Made by a program: the position numbers and the translations under genes. Positions 19,116 through 28,660 of a stretch of 64,000 nt of DNA are shown in pieces. Source of the stretch: Patescibacteria group bacterium (GTDB lineage Bacteria; Patescibacteriota; Minisyncoccia; Phycocordibacterales; UBA9973). Numbering within the stretch: the first letter of the stretch is position 1; each line of letters opens with the position of its first letter. The stretch is taken from assembly GCA_038063515.1 (NCBI GenBank), contig JBBTUY010000006.1:26505-90504 (forward strand), in the 5' to 3' direction. The notes beneath the pieces were generated by a model. It was given only the letters and a program-made list of their open reading frames with translations. It made no database searches and was not told where the DNA came from.

Positions 19116-20462
19116 TTATTTAAACATTATTCGTATCTGCTCGAGTTCTTGTAGAAGCTGGGGGTCATTTTTTATATCAACTTTTATTTTCAAGCATGAA
19201 TGTATTACTGTGGTGTGATCTTTACCTCCTAGTTTTTGTCCAATGAGGGGGTAAGATACATTAAAGTCTTCTCTTAAAAGATACATTATTACTTGTCGAG
19301 CCTTTACTATTTCTTTCTTTCTTATTTTTTCATAGATTGATTCCTCTTCTATTTTATAGTACTCGCTAACTATTTTAACAACATCTTTTATTGCCATGTT
19401 CTTTTTTGGTTTGATGCTGTTTTTCAGAAGATTTTTTATTTCAGAAAGTGTGGGCGATCTACCTTTTAGTTTGTATTGGCATACTATTATATTTAGGCTA
19501 CCTTCCAGTTCGCGTATATTGCCCTCTATTGTGCCTGCTACGTACTCAACTATCTCTGGCTCTAGTTCTATGTTTAATTCTCTTAATTTAACCTTTAAAA
19601 TGGCTACACGAGACTCGTATTCAGGTTCTGTTATGTCTACTATCATCCCAGCTGCAAAACGAGACTTGAGCCTGTCTGCTAGTTCGGGGATGTGGTTTGG
19701 GTGTTTGTCTGAGGAGAAGACTATTTGTTTATTATTTTCGTAGAATGTGTTAAATGTGTGGAAAAGCTCTTCTTGAATCTTCTCCATCTTACCTATAAAC
19801 TGAATATCGTCTATGATGAGGAGATCATACTTCCTATATTTCTCTTTAAATGAGTTTGCTTTATTGTTTTGTAGAGAATTTATGAAATCAGTCGCAAATT
19901 TCTCTAGTGTCATATAGTGCACTTTCTTGTTTTCATACTTTTCTTTTATTGTATTCCCTATTGCTTGCAGGAGGTGTGTTTTTCCTAGGCCTGTTGGTCC
20001 ATATATAAAGAATGGATTGTATTTTGTTCCTGGACTGTCCACAATCGCACTTGCAGCAGCATATGCGAGCTCGTTAAATGTACCAACTACAAAGGAATCA
20101 AAGTGGTAGCGTGGATTTAAGTTGTCTTCTGGGTTTATATATAGGTCTTTTAAGGGTAATTCTTTGTTTACAAAAGAACTTTCACCTACTTTCGTTATTT
20201 CTTGCTTACTAACTTCTATTTTAGTGATTACATATTCTACTGCACGCATGTTTTCGTAAGCTATCGCTATAGTTTTAGTTATTAGTTTATGGTATTTATT
20301 CATTAACCAGTCACGCACGAACTCATTTGGTACTGCTATATACACTATTCCTAATTCTTCTTTTAAAATAGAGGTATTCTTAAACCAGGTACTGAAATTA
20401 GCCTTAGAAACCTCAGTTTCAATTTCTAGGAGGCAGTTTCTCCAGAGTTGTTTTGTATCCAT
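19116..20462 (-). CDS. dnaA: Chromosomal replication initiator DnaA
   Basis: 448 aa with the AAA+ Walker A GPTGLGKTHLLQAIGN and the C-terminal DNA-binding domain (..VKARQVIMYLLRE..). Confidence 0.95.
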   Translation of the reverse strand: MDTKQLWRNCLLEIETEVSKANFSTWFKNTSILKEELGIVYIAVPNEFVRDWLMNKYHKLITKTIAIAYENMRAVEYVITKIEVSKQEITKVGESSFVNKELPLKDLYINPEDNLNPRYHFDSFVVGTFNELAYAAASAIVDSPGTKYNPFFIYGPTGLGKTHLLQAIGNTIKEKYENKKVHYMTLEKFATDFINSLQNNKANSFKEKYRKYDLLIIDDIQFIGKMEKIQEELFHTFNTFYENNKQIVFSSDKHPNHIPELADRLKSRFAAGMIVDITEPEYESRVAILKVKLRELNIELEPEIVEYVAGTIEGNIRELEGSLNIIVCQYKLKGRSPTLSEIKNLLKNSIKPKKNMAIKDVVKIVSEYYKIEEESIYEKIRKKEIVKARQVIMYLLREDFNVSYPLIGQKLGGKDHTTVIHSCLKIKVDIKNDPQLLQELEQIRIMFK

Positions 20463-20609
20463 GGATCTATAATACCCTATTTACAGGGTAGAGGAAAATT
20501 TTTAATCTTATTAACTATGTTGATAATCTGTGGATAAAAAAGTTAGGGGTGTATATATTTATTGTTTTCCTCTCTTGATAATTTATTAATATTATTGTAG
20601 TATCTAAAT
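20463..20609. promoter_or_regulatory. dnaA upstream region with a perfect DnaA box (second oriC candidate and dnaA promoter)
   Basis: tgtggataa at 20529-20537 is TTATCCACA on the reverse strand. The surroundings are AT-rich, with ttgataat repeats. Confidence 0.5.
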
Positions 20610-20744
20610 ATGTCACAAACATACCAACCTAAAAAGAGAAAAAGAGCTAGATCTCACGGTTTTCTCGTTAGATCCCGAACTAAAACTGGCAGTAATGTCC
20701 TAAAGCGAAGACGTCAGAAAGGCAGAAAAAAGCTTTCTGTGTAG
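20610..20744 (+). CDS. rpmH: 50S ribosomal protein L34
   Basis: [44 protein letters not shown] (44 aa). It lies in the canonical position upstream of rnpA and is below the ORF-track size cutoff. Confidence 0.85.
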   Translation: MSQTYQPKKRKRARSHGFLVRSRTKTGSNVLKRRRQKGRKKLSV

Positions 20745-20751
20745 CATTTAA

Positions 20752-21099
20752 ATGCTTGCTAAAAAAAATAGATTAGACAAAAAAGGTGTAGATTTAGTCT
20801 TTAAGCTCTGTCCACCTAGTGGAAATAGAGGTTTTTTGCTGTTTTCTACCCATTTAACCTTTAAATTCCTAAAAGAAGAGCAAAATACAGACCCCCGTAT
20901 CTCATTTATAGCCTCAAAAGGAGTGGTAAAGCTTGCAGTTAAAAGGAACCTTTTAAGGAGAAGTGGGTATAGTGCTCTAGCTAAACATATCCAAACACTA
21001 CCCTCTTGTATATCAGGGGTCTTTATTTTTAAAAAGTATCAAGATGACGTCTCCATTTTAGAAAATGAAATTAAAACTATACTTCATAAGGTTAATTGA
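20752..21099 (+). CDS. rnpA: Ribonuclease P protein component
   Basis: 115 aa basic protein in the conserved rpmH-rnpA-yidD-yidC order. Sequence includes KKNRLDKKGV. Confidence 0.8.
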   Translation: MLAKKNRLDKKGVDLVFKLCPPSGNRGFLLFSTHLTFKFLKEEQNTDPRISFIASKGVVKLAVKRNLLRRSGYSALAKHIQTLPSCISGVFIFKKYQDDVSILENEIKTILHKVN

Positions 21100-21280
21100 C
21101 CTATATAAAAAGTACATTTCGCCTTCCATAAAAGGAAATTGTGTTTTTTACCCTACTTGTTCAGATTATACCAAGCAAGCAATAGAAAAGTACGGTATTT
21201 TTAAAGGCATGTATTTAGGATTTTTACGTATTTTACGCTGCCACCCCTGGCAGAAAGATCACATAGATCCAGTCCTTTGA
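21065..21280 (+). CDS. yidD: Membrane protein insertion efficiency factor YidD
   Basis: 71 aa with YKKYISPS..CVFYPTCSDYTKQAIEKYG..GFLRILRCHPW, the hallmark YidD motifs. Confidence 0.85.
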   Translation: MKLKLYFIRLIDLYKKYISPSIKGNCVFYPTCSDYTKQAIEKYGIFKGMYLGFLRILRCHPWQKDHIDPVL

Positions 21281-21310
21281 TTTTTGATCATTTTCATATA
21301 GAATAAGAAC

Positions 21311-22069
21311 ATGCTACATAATATATGGGATGCTGTTTTATACCATCCACTCATCAACGCGCTTGCATTTTTAGTCTCTATTGTACCTGGGGGTGATTTA
21401 GGTATTGCAGTCATACTCCTCACTATTTTAGTTAAATTAATTCTCTTCCCTCTTTCTCAAAAATCTCTTGAAAACCAAGCAGCAATGACCATGCTTGCTC
21501 CAGAGCTTAATAAAATAAAAAAAAGCGGGGCAACCAAAGAAGAGCAGGCACGAATGACATTTGAATTATATAAAAAGCACAAAACAAATCCTTTCTCTGG
21601 GTGTCTTTTAGTTTTAATACAAATCCCTATAATATTTGCTCTATATTACGTTTTCTATAAAGGTATAAAATTTGATGCTGGTGTTATATATTCTTTTATT
21701 CATGTTCCAGAAGAGATAAATACTGTTTTCTTAGGTATTCTCGATCTAAATGCAAAAAGTATATTTCTAGCAGTTTTGGCGGGTATCTCTCAATATTTGC
21801 AAGCATATTTTATGCCTACTCCAGCACCAAGCTCATCAAGCGACTCCTCTGACCCCAACTCTTTTGCTGAGAGCTTTTCTAAGAGTATGGCCATGCAGAT
21901 GAAATACATCTTCCCTTTTATTGTGGCATTTATAGCTTACAGTATCTCAGGTGCAATAGCTTTGTACTGGATTGTTAGTAATTTGTTTTCTGTTGCTCAA
22001 CAAGTGTATGTAAATAAAACAGAAAAGAAAAGATTAGACAAAGAAGTGGAAGTATTAATTCATGAATAA
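21311..22069 (+). CDS. yidC: Membrane protein insertase YidC/Oxa1 (short form)
   Basis: 252 aa with multiple TM helices, following yidD. The conserved region is KHKTNPFSGCLLVLIQIPIIFALY. Confidence 0.85.
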   Translation: MLHNIWDAVLYHPLINALAFLVSIVPGGDLGIAVILLTILVKLILFPLSQKSLENQAAMTMLAPELNKIKKSGATKEEQARMTFELYKKHKTNPFSGCLLVLIQIPIIFALYYVFYKGIKFDAGVIYSFIHVPEEINTVFLGILDLNAKSIFLAVLAGISQYLQAYFMPTPAPSSSSDSSDPNSFAESFSKSMAMQMKYIFPFIVAFIAYSISGAIALYWIVSNLFSVAQQVYVNKTEKKRLDKEVEVLIHE

Positions 22070-22547
22070 TCAAGAAATTGAAAATTTAATAAAAGAATTA
22101 ATTGAAAAAACTAATATAAAGATACAGAAGATTTCTGTTATTCCTGATACCATGAATAACACATGGTTTGCTGTTGATGTTGATGAACCACACTTCTTTA
22201 TAAACAATGAAGGTGAGGCATTACAAGCCTTAAATCACCTTGTTCGTAGGTTGGTAGAGAATAAGATGTTTTCAAATAAAACTGACGCTCTTAACGACAC
22301 GAGAAACAGCATCCTCATTGATATCAATGATTTTCAAAAGAAAAAAGTAGAAAGTGTGCGTGCTATTGCTCACATGATGGGAGAGCGCGCTAAATATTTC
22401 AAAGCAAATGTAGAAGTTGATCCTATGTCTTCTTTTGATCGAAGGATAGTACATGAATTTCTCGCTAATAGAGAAGATCTAAAGACAGAGTCTGTCGGCC
22501 TTGGCCCTACTCGTCGTGTGGTTATTAAATACGTAGGCGTAATTTAG
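22062..22547 (+). CDS. jag: Jag/KhpB-like RNA-binding protein (KH plus R3H domains)
   Basis: 161 aa following yidC with a 8-bp overlap. The C-terminal R3H-like region is SSFDRRIVHEFLANREDLKTESVG. Confidence 0.75.
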   Translation: MNNQEIENLIKELIEKTNIKIQKISVIPDTMNNTWFAVDVDEPHFFINNEGEALQALNHLVRRLVENKMFSNKTDALNDTRNSILIDINDFQKKKVESVRAIAHMMGERAKYFKANVEVDPMSSFDRRIVHEFLANREDLKTESVGLGPTRRVVIKYVGVI

Positions 22548-22550
22548 ATT

Positions 22551-22652
22551 AAATAAAATAATTTTTGGAGGGGTCTCTCGGCTGCCCTGCCGAGAGTTTC
22601 AGGATTTTTTAAATTTGAAAAATCTGTACCGGAAAAAATTGATTTTATTTAA
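22551..22652 (+). repeat. Intergenic structured repeat (family S, copy 2) between convergent jag and the T4SS-like operon
   Basis: tttttggaggggtctctcggctgccctgccgagagtttcaggattttttaaatttgaaaaatctgtaccggaaaaaattgat. The internal hairpin arms differ from copy 1 but still pair (ctctcggc/gccgagag). The closing inverted repeat is aaataaaataattttt / aaaattgattttattt. Confidence 0.8.
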
Positions 22653-22658
22653 TCTAAA

Positions 22659-24068
22659 TTACCTTAGTTTAAGCTCCCAGAGAATTGAATCTTTTTTGTT
22701 TACAAAAAATAAATAGTCTTCGTATGCACTAAGTGAAAGTTTTATACCATCAGTCTCTACCCCACCTAATTCTAATATAGGATCTACAAGCACAGTATTT
22801 TTTACATCTTTAATACCTATTTTCCATATCTGGTCTTCAAATGAAGCCTCTCCTTGATACCATGCATCTGGATATGTTAATCCAGGGATTGATTTAGGTA
22901 CTGCACAATACACATACTCACTTGTCTTGTTCCACACACATTTTTCTGGCAGTGTCCTTACTCCGAGTGCTGTGGAAGCCTTTGTTTCTGTGTTGTAGAC
23001 GTTTAAGGATAGATTGCTATCACTATACAATACAAGCTTGCCTGTGGGGCTCGTGAGTGTGGTGAGTCCATATATATCACCTAAGACTCTAGTGAAGCTC
23101 TTTTTATCTACATCGAGTGCATACATGTATCCAAGAACGATACCAGATGGTTTAGTTGTAAGTGTGACACTTTTACTACTTGGCCAGAAAGACAACCATT
23201 CAGTGAAGCTCGAATCAAATATTTGGCTCTTTTTACTATCTCTTAAATTTAAAATATTACCAACAATAGAATTAGAAACATTTGTTAGATAAAATATTTT
23301 AGATTGATCGGGAGATGGACTTATGTCTTGTATGTTTTCAGTTAAAAATATTCCTTTTGTTTCAATAATTTCTCCATCAGCTCCAAGCTTTTCTTTTGGT
23401 AGCTGTCCTAGGAAAGTCTCTATCGTAACACCGTCCCCTTTTAATCGTCTCATGACTACAGACTCTCCATGGTTTCCAAAATAAGCATCATATATTTTAG
23501 GTATCACAGTACTAGAAAATTTTATCTCTTGTATTTTGTCTATGAAAGTTTGATAAATGTTTCCAGTTGAACGATCCACATATCTAAGTGCTTCCATAAA
23601 TTCTGTTGGCGCAGGTGCTGGAGTTTTATTTATTACTTTTTTTACTTCAGGTTTTACCTCAACTTTTCCCGAGGGTTCACCTTGGGAGGTTGTGGTTGTA
23701 GAAGTTTGATTTTCTGTAGCGGGAGTTAATGGTGTTTCTATGACAGGTATTTCTTTAAATCTTTCTTTCATAAATATAGTAAATCCAGCAATAGGCATAG
23801 ATGAAACTTGTTTTAGTTTGGCCACTATCTCTACTTCATCAGGGTTTTCTTGTAGGTCTCCATTTTCATCTACAAATGGAGGGTTGGCTTCGTCTTTTTT
23901 ATTATCATCACTTCGAAATGGGTTAAATTGTGAGAGAAAATTTATCCCCTCACTTACAGGATTGTTATCCCCTTCTCCATTATCTTTGGCAAAATATGAA
24001 AAGCTAAAAAACGCAAGTACTGCGAGAGTTAAAGTTATTATTAAAATTAAAATACTTTTTTTAAGCAT
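22659..24068 (-). CDS. Secreted/membrane-anchored hypothetical protein (469 aa), last gene of the T4SS-like operon
   Basis: N-terminal hydrophobic signal/anchor (ILILIITLTLAVLAFFSF) and a Thr/Pro-rich linker. No recognised catalytic motif. Confidence 0.5.
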   Translation of the reverse strand: MLKKSILILIITLTLAVLAFFSFSYFAKDNGEGDNNPVSEGINFLSQFNPFRSDDNKKDEANPPFVDENGDLQENPDEVEIVAKLKQVSSMPIAGFTIFMKERFKEIPVIETPLTPATENQTSTTTTSQGEPSGKVEVKPEVKKVINKTPAPAPTEFMEALRYVDRSTGNIYQTFIDKIQEIKFSSTVIPKIYDAYFGNHGESVVMRRLKGDGVTIETFLGQLPKEKLGADGEIIETKGIFLTENIQDISPSPDQSKIFYLTNVSNSIVGNILNLRDSKKSQIFDSSFTEWLSFWPSSKSVTLTTKPSGIVLGYMYALDVDKKSFTRVLGDIYGLTTLTSPTGKLVLYSDSNLSLNVYNTETKASTALGVRTLPEKCVWNKTSEYVYCAVPKSIPGLTYPDAWYQGEASFEDQIWKIGIKDVKNTVLVDPILELGGVETDGIKLSLSAYEDYLFFVNKKDSILWELKLR

Positions 24069-24071
24069 AAA

Positions 24072-25100
24072 TTAAAAATTACATTTACGAGCTGCTCCCC
24101 ATGTCGGATACCATCTTCCTCTTTGTTCTGATAATAATTTTTGTGCAAAAGCTATATTAACTGCAGGGTTGTTCACATAGTTAGCACATCTGAGATATCC
24201 TTCTCTTCCTCCATTAGGTCCATCTGCTCTACAACTCTTATTTCCTGCTGTAAATTTACCTGTAAATACACCCCTACAAGCTGGAATTTCATCAGCATGA
24301 GCTACAATATTTATTTGAAATAATCCTATAGAAGCACTTGACCCATCTGCGCATATGTCTGTTCTACTGGGTTGATTTAAGCCACTACTTTCTCCCTGAC
24401 ACACACAGGATGCTTGGGTAGGATTTGAAAATCCAGCTTCTTGCATTTTTGCTATACTACAATCTCCTTTTGTTGCTGGCTGACCATTAAAATTACCTCT
24501 CCGATTTGCTTCATTTATACGATTTTGTTCATAGTTCGCTTCTTTTCTTATATCAAACTCTTTAATTTCAACTGTTAATGTTGTTTCTTCTATCCCTATA
24601 TCTAAATTAAGTAAATCAGGATTTATTTGATAAAGAATGACCCAAGATCCGAGAGCAAGGAGGAGGCCTAGGATTGCGTGCTGTATTTTCTCTAATCCGT
24701 CCGCTTTATTCCCTGGTAGCTCGCTCGTCATGTATTCCATACCTCCCATCACTATCATAACCACAGCAAGTACAGCACATATTCCTATAAATAATTGCAT
24801 GCCTAGATTGAGATACTTACTGAGTGCATTTGGATCTTCAGGGTCAAAACTTGTGAGTAGTTTACCATCTGTTCCGGGTAGTGGTTGGAGGAATTTGTAA
24901 CTTGTGTCAGTTGGTAGAGGTTTATTAGTTCCTGGTTCAAAATTTTGATTTTTACAAGGTGAATTATTTGGTACTGTAGTGACAAAATTATCAAAAGTAC
25001 AAGGCTCATTAGGATTTGTGGCTGACGCATTTATATCTTTTACAGAAAAAAAGGATCCGACCAGTATTATTATAAAAATGTATGTTAAAATTTTCTTCAT
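24072..25100 (-). CDS. VirB1-like lytic transglycosylase (GH23/SLT-like C-terminal domain) with an N-terminal signal and a hydrophobic hairpin segment
   Basis: 342 aa. The C-terminal CQGESSGLNQ...SIGLFQIN resembles the SLT catalytic Glu-Ser and GLMQ signatures. The central segment LGMQLFIGICAVLAVVMIVMGG..GLLLALGSWVILY is two adjacent TM helices (pilin/VirB2-like topology). Confidence 0.5.
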   Translation of the reverse strand: MKKILTYIFIIILVGSFFSVKDINASATNPNEPCTFDNFVTTVPNNSPCKNQNFEPGTNKPLPTDTSYKFLQPLPGTDGKLLTSFDPEDPNALSKYLNLGMQLFIGICAVLAVVMIVMGGMEYMTSELPGNKADGLEKIQHAILGLLLALGSWVILYQINPDLLNLDIGIEETTLTVEIKEFDIRKEANYEQNRINEANRRGNFNGQPATKGDCSIAKMQEAGFSNPTQASCVCQGESSGLNQPSRTDICADGSSASIGLFQINIVAHADEIPACRGVFTGKFTAGNKSCRADGPNGGREGYLRCANYVNNPAVNIAFAQKLLSEQRGRWYPTWGAARKCNF

Positions 25101-26089
25101 TAAAATTCTACAGTTATTGTTTTATTTGCTGTTTCTAAAATCTGGTATTTGTTTTCTATTTCTAATTTTAATCTAGAGATACCAGACACACCCTCTTCTA
25201 TCTTAAGCGGTATTATATTTTTTCTATATCCTACTATGTCTACTATCTCGTCATTTATATACCAAGTCCAAGCTAGTTGTGGACTATGTATTTGTTTTGG
25301 TGAAATAAAGTACGGCTCTGCTATTATTACTTCGTTGTCTTGTATTTGATGCCTGTCACGTAGAGCTTGCTCCCATAGAGTTCCTAGGAGAGGATCATTT
25401 CTATAAAAAGAAATTTTAGGAGACACCACTCCTATATCCATATTTTTCTTAGTTGAATACAATCCATCCACTGTGGATGCTATAACCTCTATGTTGTCAC
25501 TGTCTTCTAGGTAGTCATTTGTAAATGTGAAAGAATTCTTTCCATAACCAGAACCCTCAGCATCATTGTTGTAGTTTTTTTTCCAAGAGTAAATCATGTT
25601 TTTAGGACTTATGATTCCAGCTTTGTTTTTTATTTCAGGTAATGCTGTTACCTTTATCTCGCTGTCAGCTGTAGGGAGAGCTTTACCACGGTAAAATGGT
25701 GGTACATATGAGTTAGTTGCCTGCCAGAGCATTATCATGGTTAATGGCTTTGCTACTACTACCTTTTCTATTTCACCATCAGGGAGAGATATGACTGCTC
25801 TTATTGTTGTCTCGCTACCATTTACTGGGGTTGTTGTAGAAAAAGTTTTCTGACCTATTTGAGATGATATTTTTTTACCATTTACGTACCATGATATGAG
25901 TGTGCCGTCTAAGCTGGCTACATAGCTACTTACTGTTATAGACACACTTTCCCCAGCCTTAGGATTTTCTGGTGACATGTTTATGGATATAGCTGTGGGC
26001 GATACAGCAAAAGTTTTAACCGGTACTGTGTATACAGCAATAAATAATATAATAAATATATTTGCTACATATGTAAGCTCTCTACGCAT
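25100..26089 (-). CDS. Secreted hypothetical protein (329 aa)
   Basis: N-terminal signal/TM helix and beta-rich composition. It shares a junction base with the downstream gene at 25100. Confidence 0.5.
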   Translation of the reverse strand: MRRELTYVANIFIILFIAVYTVPVKTFAVSPTAISINMSPENPKAGESVSITVSSYVASLDGTLISWYVNGKKISSQIGQKTFSTTTPVNGSETTIRAVISLPDGEIEKVVVAKPLTMIMLWQATNSYVPPFYRGKALPTADSEIKVTALPEIKNKAGIISPKNMIYSWKKNYNNDAEGSGYGKNSFTFTNDYLEDSDNIEVIASTVDGLYSTKKNMDIGVVSPKISFYRNDPLLGTLWEQALRDRHQIQDNEVIIAEPYFISPKQIHSPQLAWTWYINDEIVDIVGYRKNIIPLKIEEGVSGISRLKLEIENKYQILETANKTITVEF

Positions 26090-26114
26090 TTTCTAATTGT
26101 ATAACAAAAAGTGA

Positions 26115-27977
26115 CTAAAGTCTCCCCTCTTTCATGGTTTCCTCGTAGTCTTCTTTTGCTTTTCTGTTTGACAATATTTGAGATGGATCTGATGTGATGA
26201 TCTGGTCTTCGGTGTAAGACGCTACTATTTTTATAGCTACGTGCTTGAGCCCAGCAAAGAATATCCCTTCACCTACCCCTGACTCTAAGAGGAGGTACTT
26301 TTCTTCATCTGTTAGGTTGAATGTCTTCTGGAGTACGTCTATGGTCGTAGGCGACTGTTTTAGGAGTATTTGAATTGAGGAGTTTGTAACTATAGGCACT
26401 CCGTAGGGAGATTTCATAAAGTCTGCAGCGTCTTGAGTAATGGTTGCAAGGCCTAAATAGTATTTTCTTCCTCTTTTAGCAATAGAGTATAAAAATGAAG
26501 CTGTGTCTTCTGATTTCATCATCCACCACGCTTCGTCTACTATGAGCAGACGCTTTTTTAGATTTTTCCTTATAGCATTCCATATATAATGCATGATTAT
26601 ATACATTGCTACTGGTTTTAACTCATCTTCCATGTCACGAATAGAGAAAACGACAAACTTTTTGTTTATGTCTACGTTACTGGGTCTGTTTAAAAATGTT
26701 GACCATGAGCCTTTTGTATATTTTGCGAGCCTAGAAACCACAGAATCACTTCCATCTATTCCAGATAATACCATTTCAAAATCTGAAAGAAGTGGCGGCT
26801 CTATGTTTGCAAAATTTGATTCTGGTGTTATGTCTTTTAATGCATATGTTTCAGATATTGCATGGTCGACTATAGAGTCTTCTTCTGGAGTAAGTCCTCC
26901 TAACATAAGTCTAAAGAGTCCTACTAAGTTTATTATGTTTGACCGGAGTACGTCTTCTGCTGTCTCGTCTTCTCTTGGAATTGGTAGGTCAAAGGGGTTC
27001 ATGTGGTGGTCTGATGATAGAGAAATATTAAAATATCTACCTCCCACAGCTTCTGCGAGGAATTCGTATTCCCTCTCTGGGTCTATGACTATAATGTCTA
27101 TATCAAACATAAGAGATCTTAGTATTTCTAATTTTGTTGCGTAAGATTTACCAGATCCTGATTTTGCAAATGTTACAGAGTTGTAGTTTTCAAGAGAAAA
27201 TCGATCAAAAATAACGAGGCTTGAATTATGTCTGTTTATACCATAAAGTATGCCGTTGTCTGACGTTAAGTCGAAAGAAATAAATGGGAAAACACTAGAG
27301 AGAGGCTCTGAATTTAATTTTTGGTGTATGTTTAGTAAGTCTGTGTTTATGGGGATGACACTTTTAAATCCTTCTTCTTGTTGAAATAATGCTGGTTTTA
27401 TATAGATTAAACGAGACTCTAATATTGATTTGATTTCATTTTCGATCTTAAATAGTTCTAAATCATTGTCTGCATATATGGTAATGTATATTCCCATATC
27501 AAACATTTTCTCTTGAGCTTGAATGAGACTATCACGAAGACCTTCGAGGTCATCGTATGCAGTATCGAGCATTGGATCACGCACCATTCCTTTTGTTTGT
27601 CTCACACTTATCTGACTCTGTACTTCAGCTACCTTTTTTTGAAACTGTCTGAGCACAAGAGAAGTATCTATTGGATGAATAAATATTGAAATATCAAATA
27701 CTTTGTCTAGGTTTATGATCGGAGAGAACCAGTTGTCAGTAAGGTATCTAGGGTATGAGATTATGAAAAACGTACGAGCTATCTTCTCTCCTAAGTTTAT
27801 AGCTTTAGGTTCTATTTTAAGTGCTGATGGAGCTATGATGTCTTGTAACTCTAAGCTCGCTGCTTCATATATCTGCTCAGGCAGGATATTTAAAGTAGAG
27901 ACTTCTGTCTCTTTCACCATTTGTTTATCTGGAGCTAGCGGTGTTTTTTTAGCGAATAATTTTTTAAAAATTTCCAT
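26115..27977 (-). CDS. VirB4/TrbE/CagE-family type IV secretion ATPase (main body, 620 aa)
   Basis: Walker A is FAKSGSGKSYATK and Walker B is KRLLIVDEAWWMM. The upstream conserved VirB4 segment is IARTFFIISYPRYLTDNWFSPII. It begins 4 nt after the stop of the 27982..28620 ORF, in a different frame. Confidence 0.8.
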   Translation of the reverse strand: MEIFKKLFAKKTPLAPDKQMVKETEVSTLNILPEQIYEAASLELQDIIAPSALKIEPKAINLGEKIARTFFIISYPRYLTDNWFSPIINLDKVFDISIFIHPIDTSLVLRQFQKKVAEVQSQISVRQTKGMVRDPMLDTAYDDLEGLRDSLIQAQEKMFDMGIYITIYADNDLELFKIENEIKSILESRLIYIKPALFQQEEGFKSVIPINTDLLNIHQKLNSEPLSSVFPFISFDLTSDNGILYGINRHNSSLVIFDRFSLENYNSVTFAKSGSGKSYATKLEILRSLMFDIDIIVIDPEREYEFLAEAVGGRYFNISLSSDHHMNPFDLPIPREDETAEDVLRSNIINLVGLFRLMLGGLTPEEDSIVDHAISETYALKDITPESNFANIEPPLLSDFEMVLSGIDGSDSVVSRLAKYTKGSWSTFLNRPSNVDINKKFVVFSIRDMEDELKPVAMYIIMHYIWNAIRKNLKKRLLIVDEAWWMMKSEDTASFLYSIAKRGRKYYLGLATITQDAADFMKSPYGVPIVTNSSIQILLKQSPTTIDVLQKTFNLTDEEKYLLLESGVGEGIFFAGLKHVAIKIVASYTEDQIITSDPSQILSNRKAKEDYEETMKEGRL

Positions 27978-27981
27978 ATAT

Positions 27982-28620
27982 TTATTCTAATTTAATCTTC
28001 CCTTCTACTTCCCCTGGATTAAAGACTTTGTAGAATACCTCTATCACTTCTTCGGTGCCCAAAAGAGCTGATTTTATACCACAACGGCTAAGACCCTGCT
28101 GTATGACACCCACTCTCTGTTCTAGCTGTGACTTCTTTTCTTCGAAGTCTTCCTGTTTCCTCAGTAGTTTTTCTTCTTTACTCTTTCTCTTAAATATTCT
28201 ATCTAGTATACCTTCATCTGATTTTAAAACATTATGAGAATACGGGACTATAATAAAGAAGCTTTTAGTCATTATGTTTACAGATTCTGTAAAATTCATA
28301 ATAAAATTTATGTATTCTTTGGTCTGCAGTTTAAGTAATGGTTCACTCTGTACTTTCATTCTATTTTCTAAAAGTAAAATGTATGGCCTTATGTCTAGTT
28401 TCCTTGATTGTACTGATATTTGAATAGTAAAATCTAAAGTGTTTAGGAAATTTTGAAATTGAAATATTGTAGCTTTTTGCTCATCTGAAGATTTTAGCGA
28501 AAGGTTCACTGAGTTTGCAAGGACTATGGCTCGCAAGCCACCGTCTTTTAGCACAATGATTCCATCGCGTACTTCTTTTATGGGTACAAATTCTTGTGTT
28601 GCTTTAGCTTTTAATGCCAT
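27982..28620 (-). CDS. VirB4 N-terminal-domain-like protein (212 aa), apparently the detached N-terminal part of the ATPase
   Basis: FVPIKEVRDGIIVLKDGGLRAIVLANSVNLSLKSSDEQKATIFQFQNFL matches the pattern at the extreme N-terminus of VirB4/TraE-type ATPases. Together 212+620 = 832 aa, the usual VirB4 size. Confidence 0.45.
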   Translation of the reverse strand: MALKAKATQEFVPIKEVRDGIIVLKDGGLRAIVLANSVNLSLKSSDEQKATIFQFQNFLNTLDFTIQISVQSRKLDIRPYILLLENRMKVQSEPLLKLQTKEYINFIMNFTESVNIMTKSFFIIVPYSHNVLKSDEGILDRIFKRKSKEEKLLRKQEDFEEKKSQLEQRVGVIQQGLSRCGIKSALLGTEEVIEVFYKVFNPGEVEGKIKLE

Positions 28621-28660
28621 TTATATATTGTATACTATTTTTACCTAAAAATTCTTAAAC

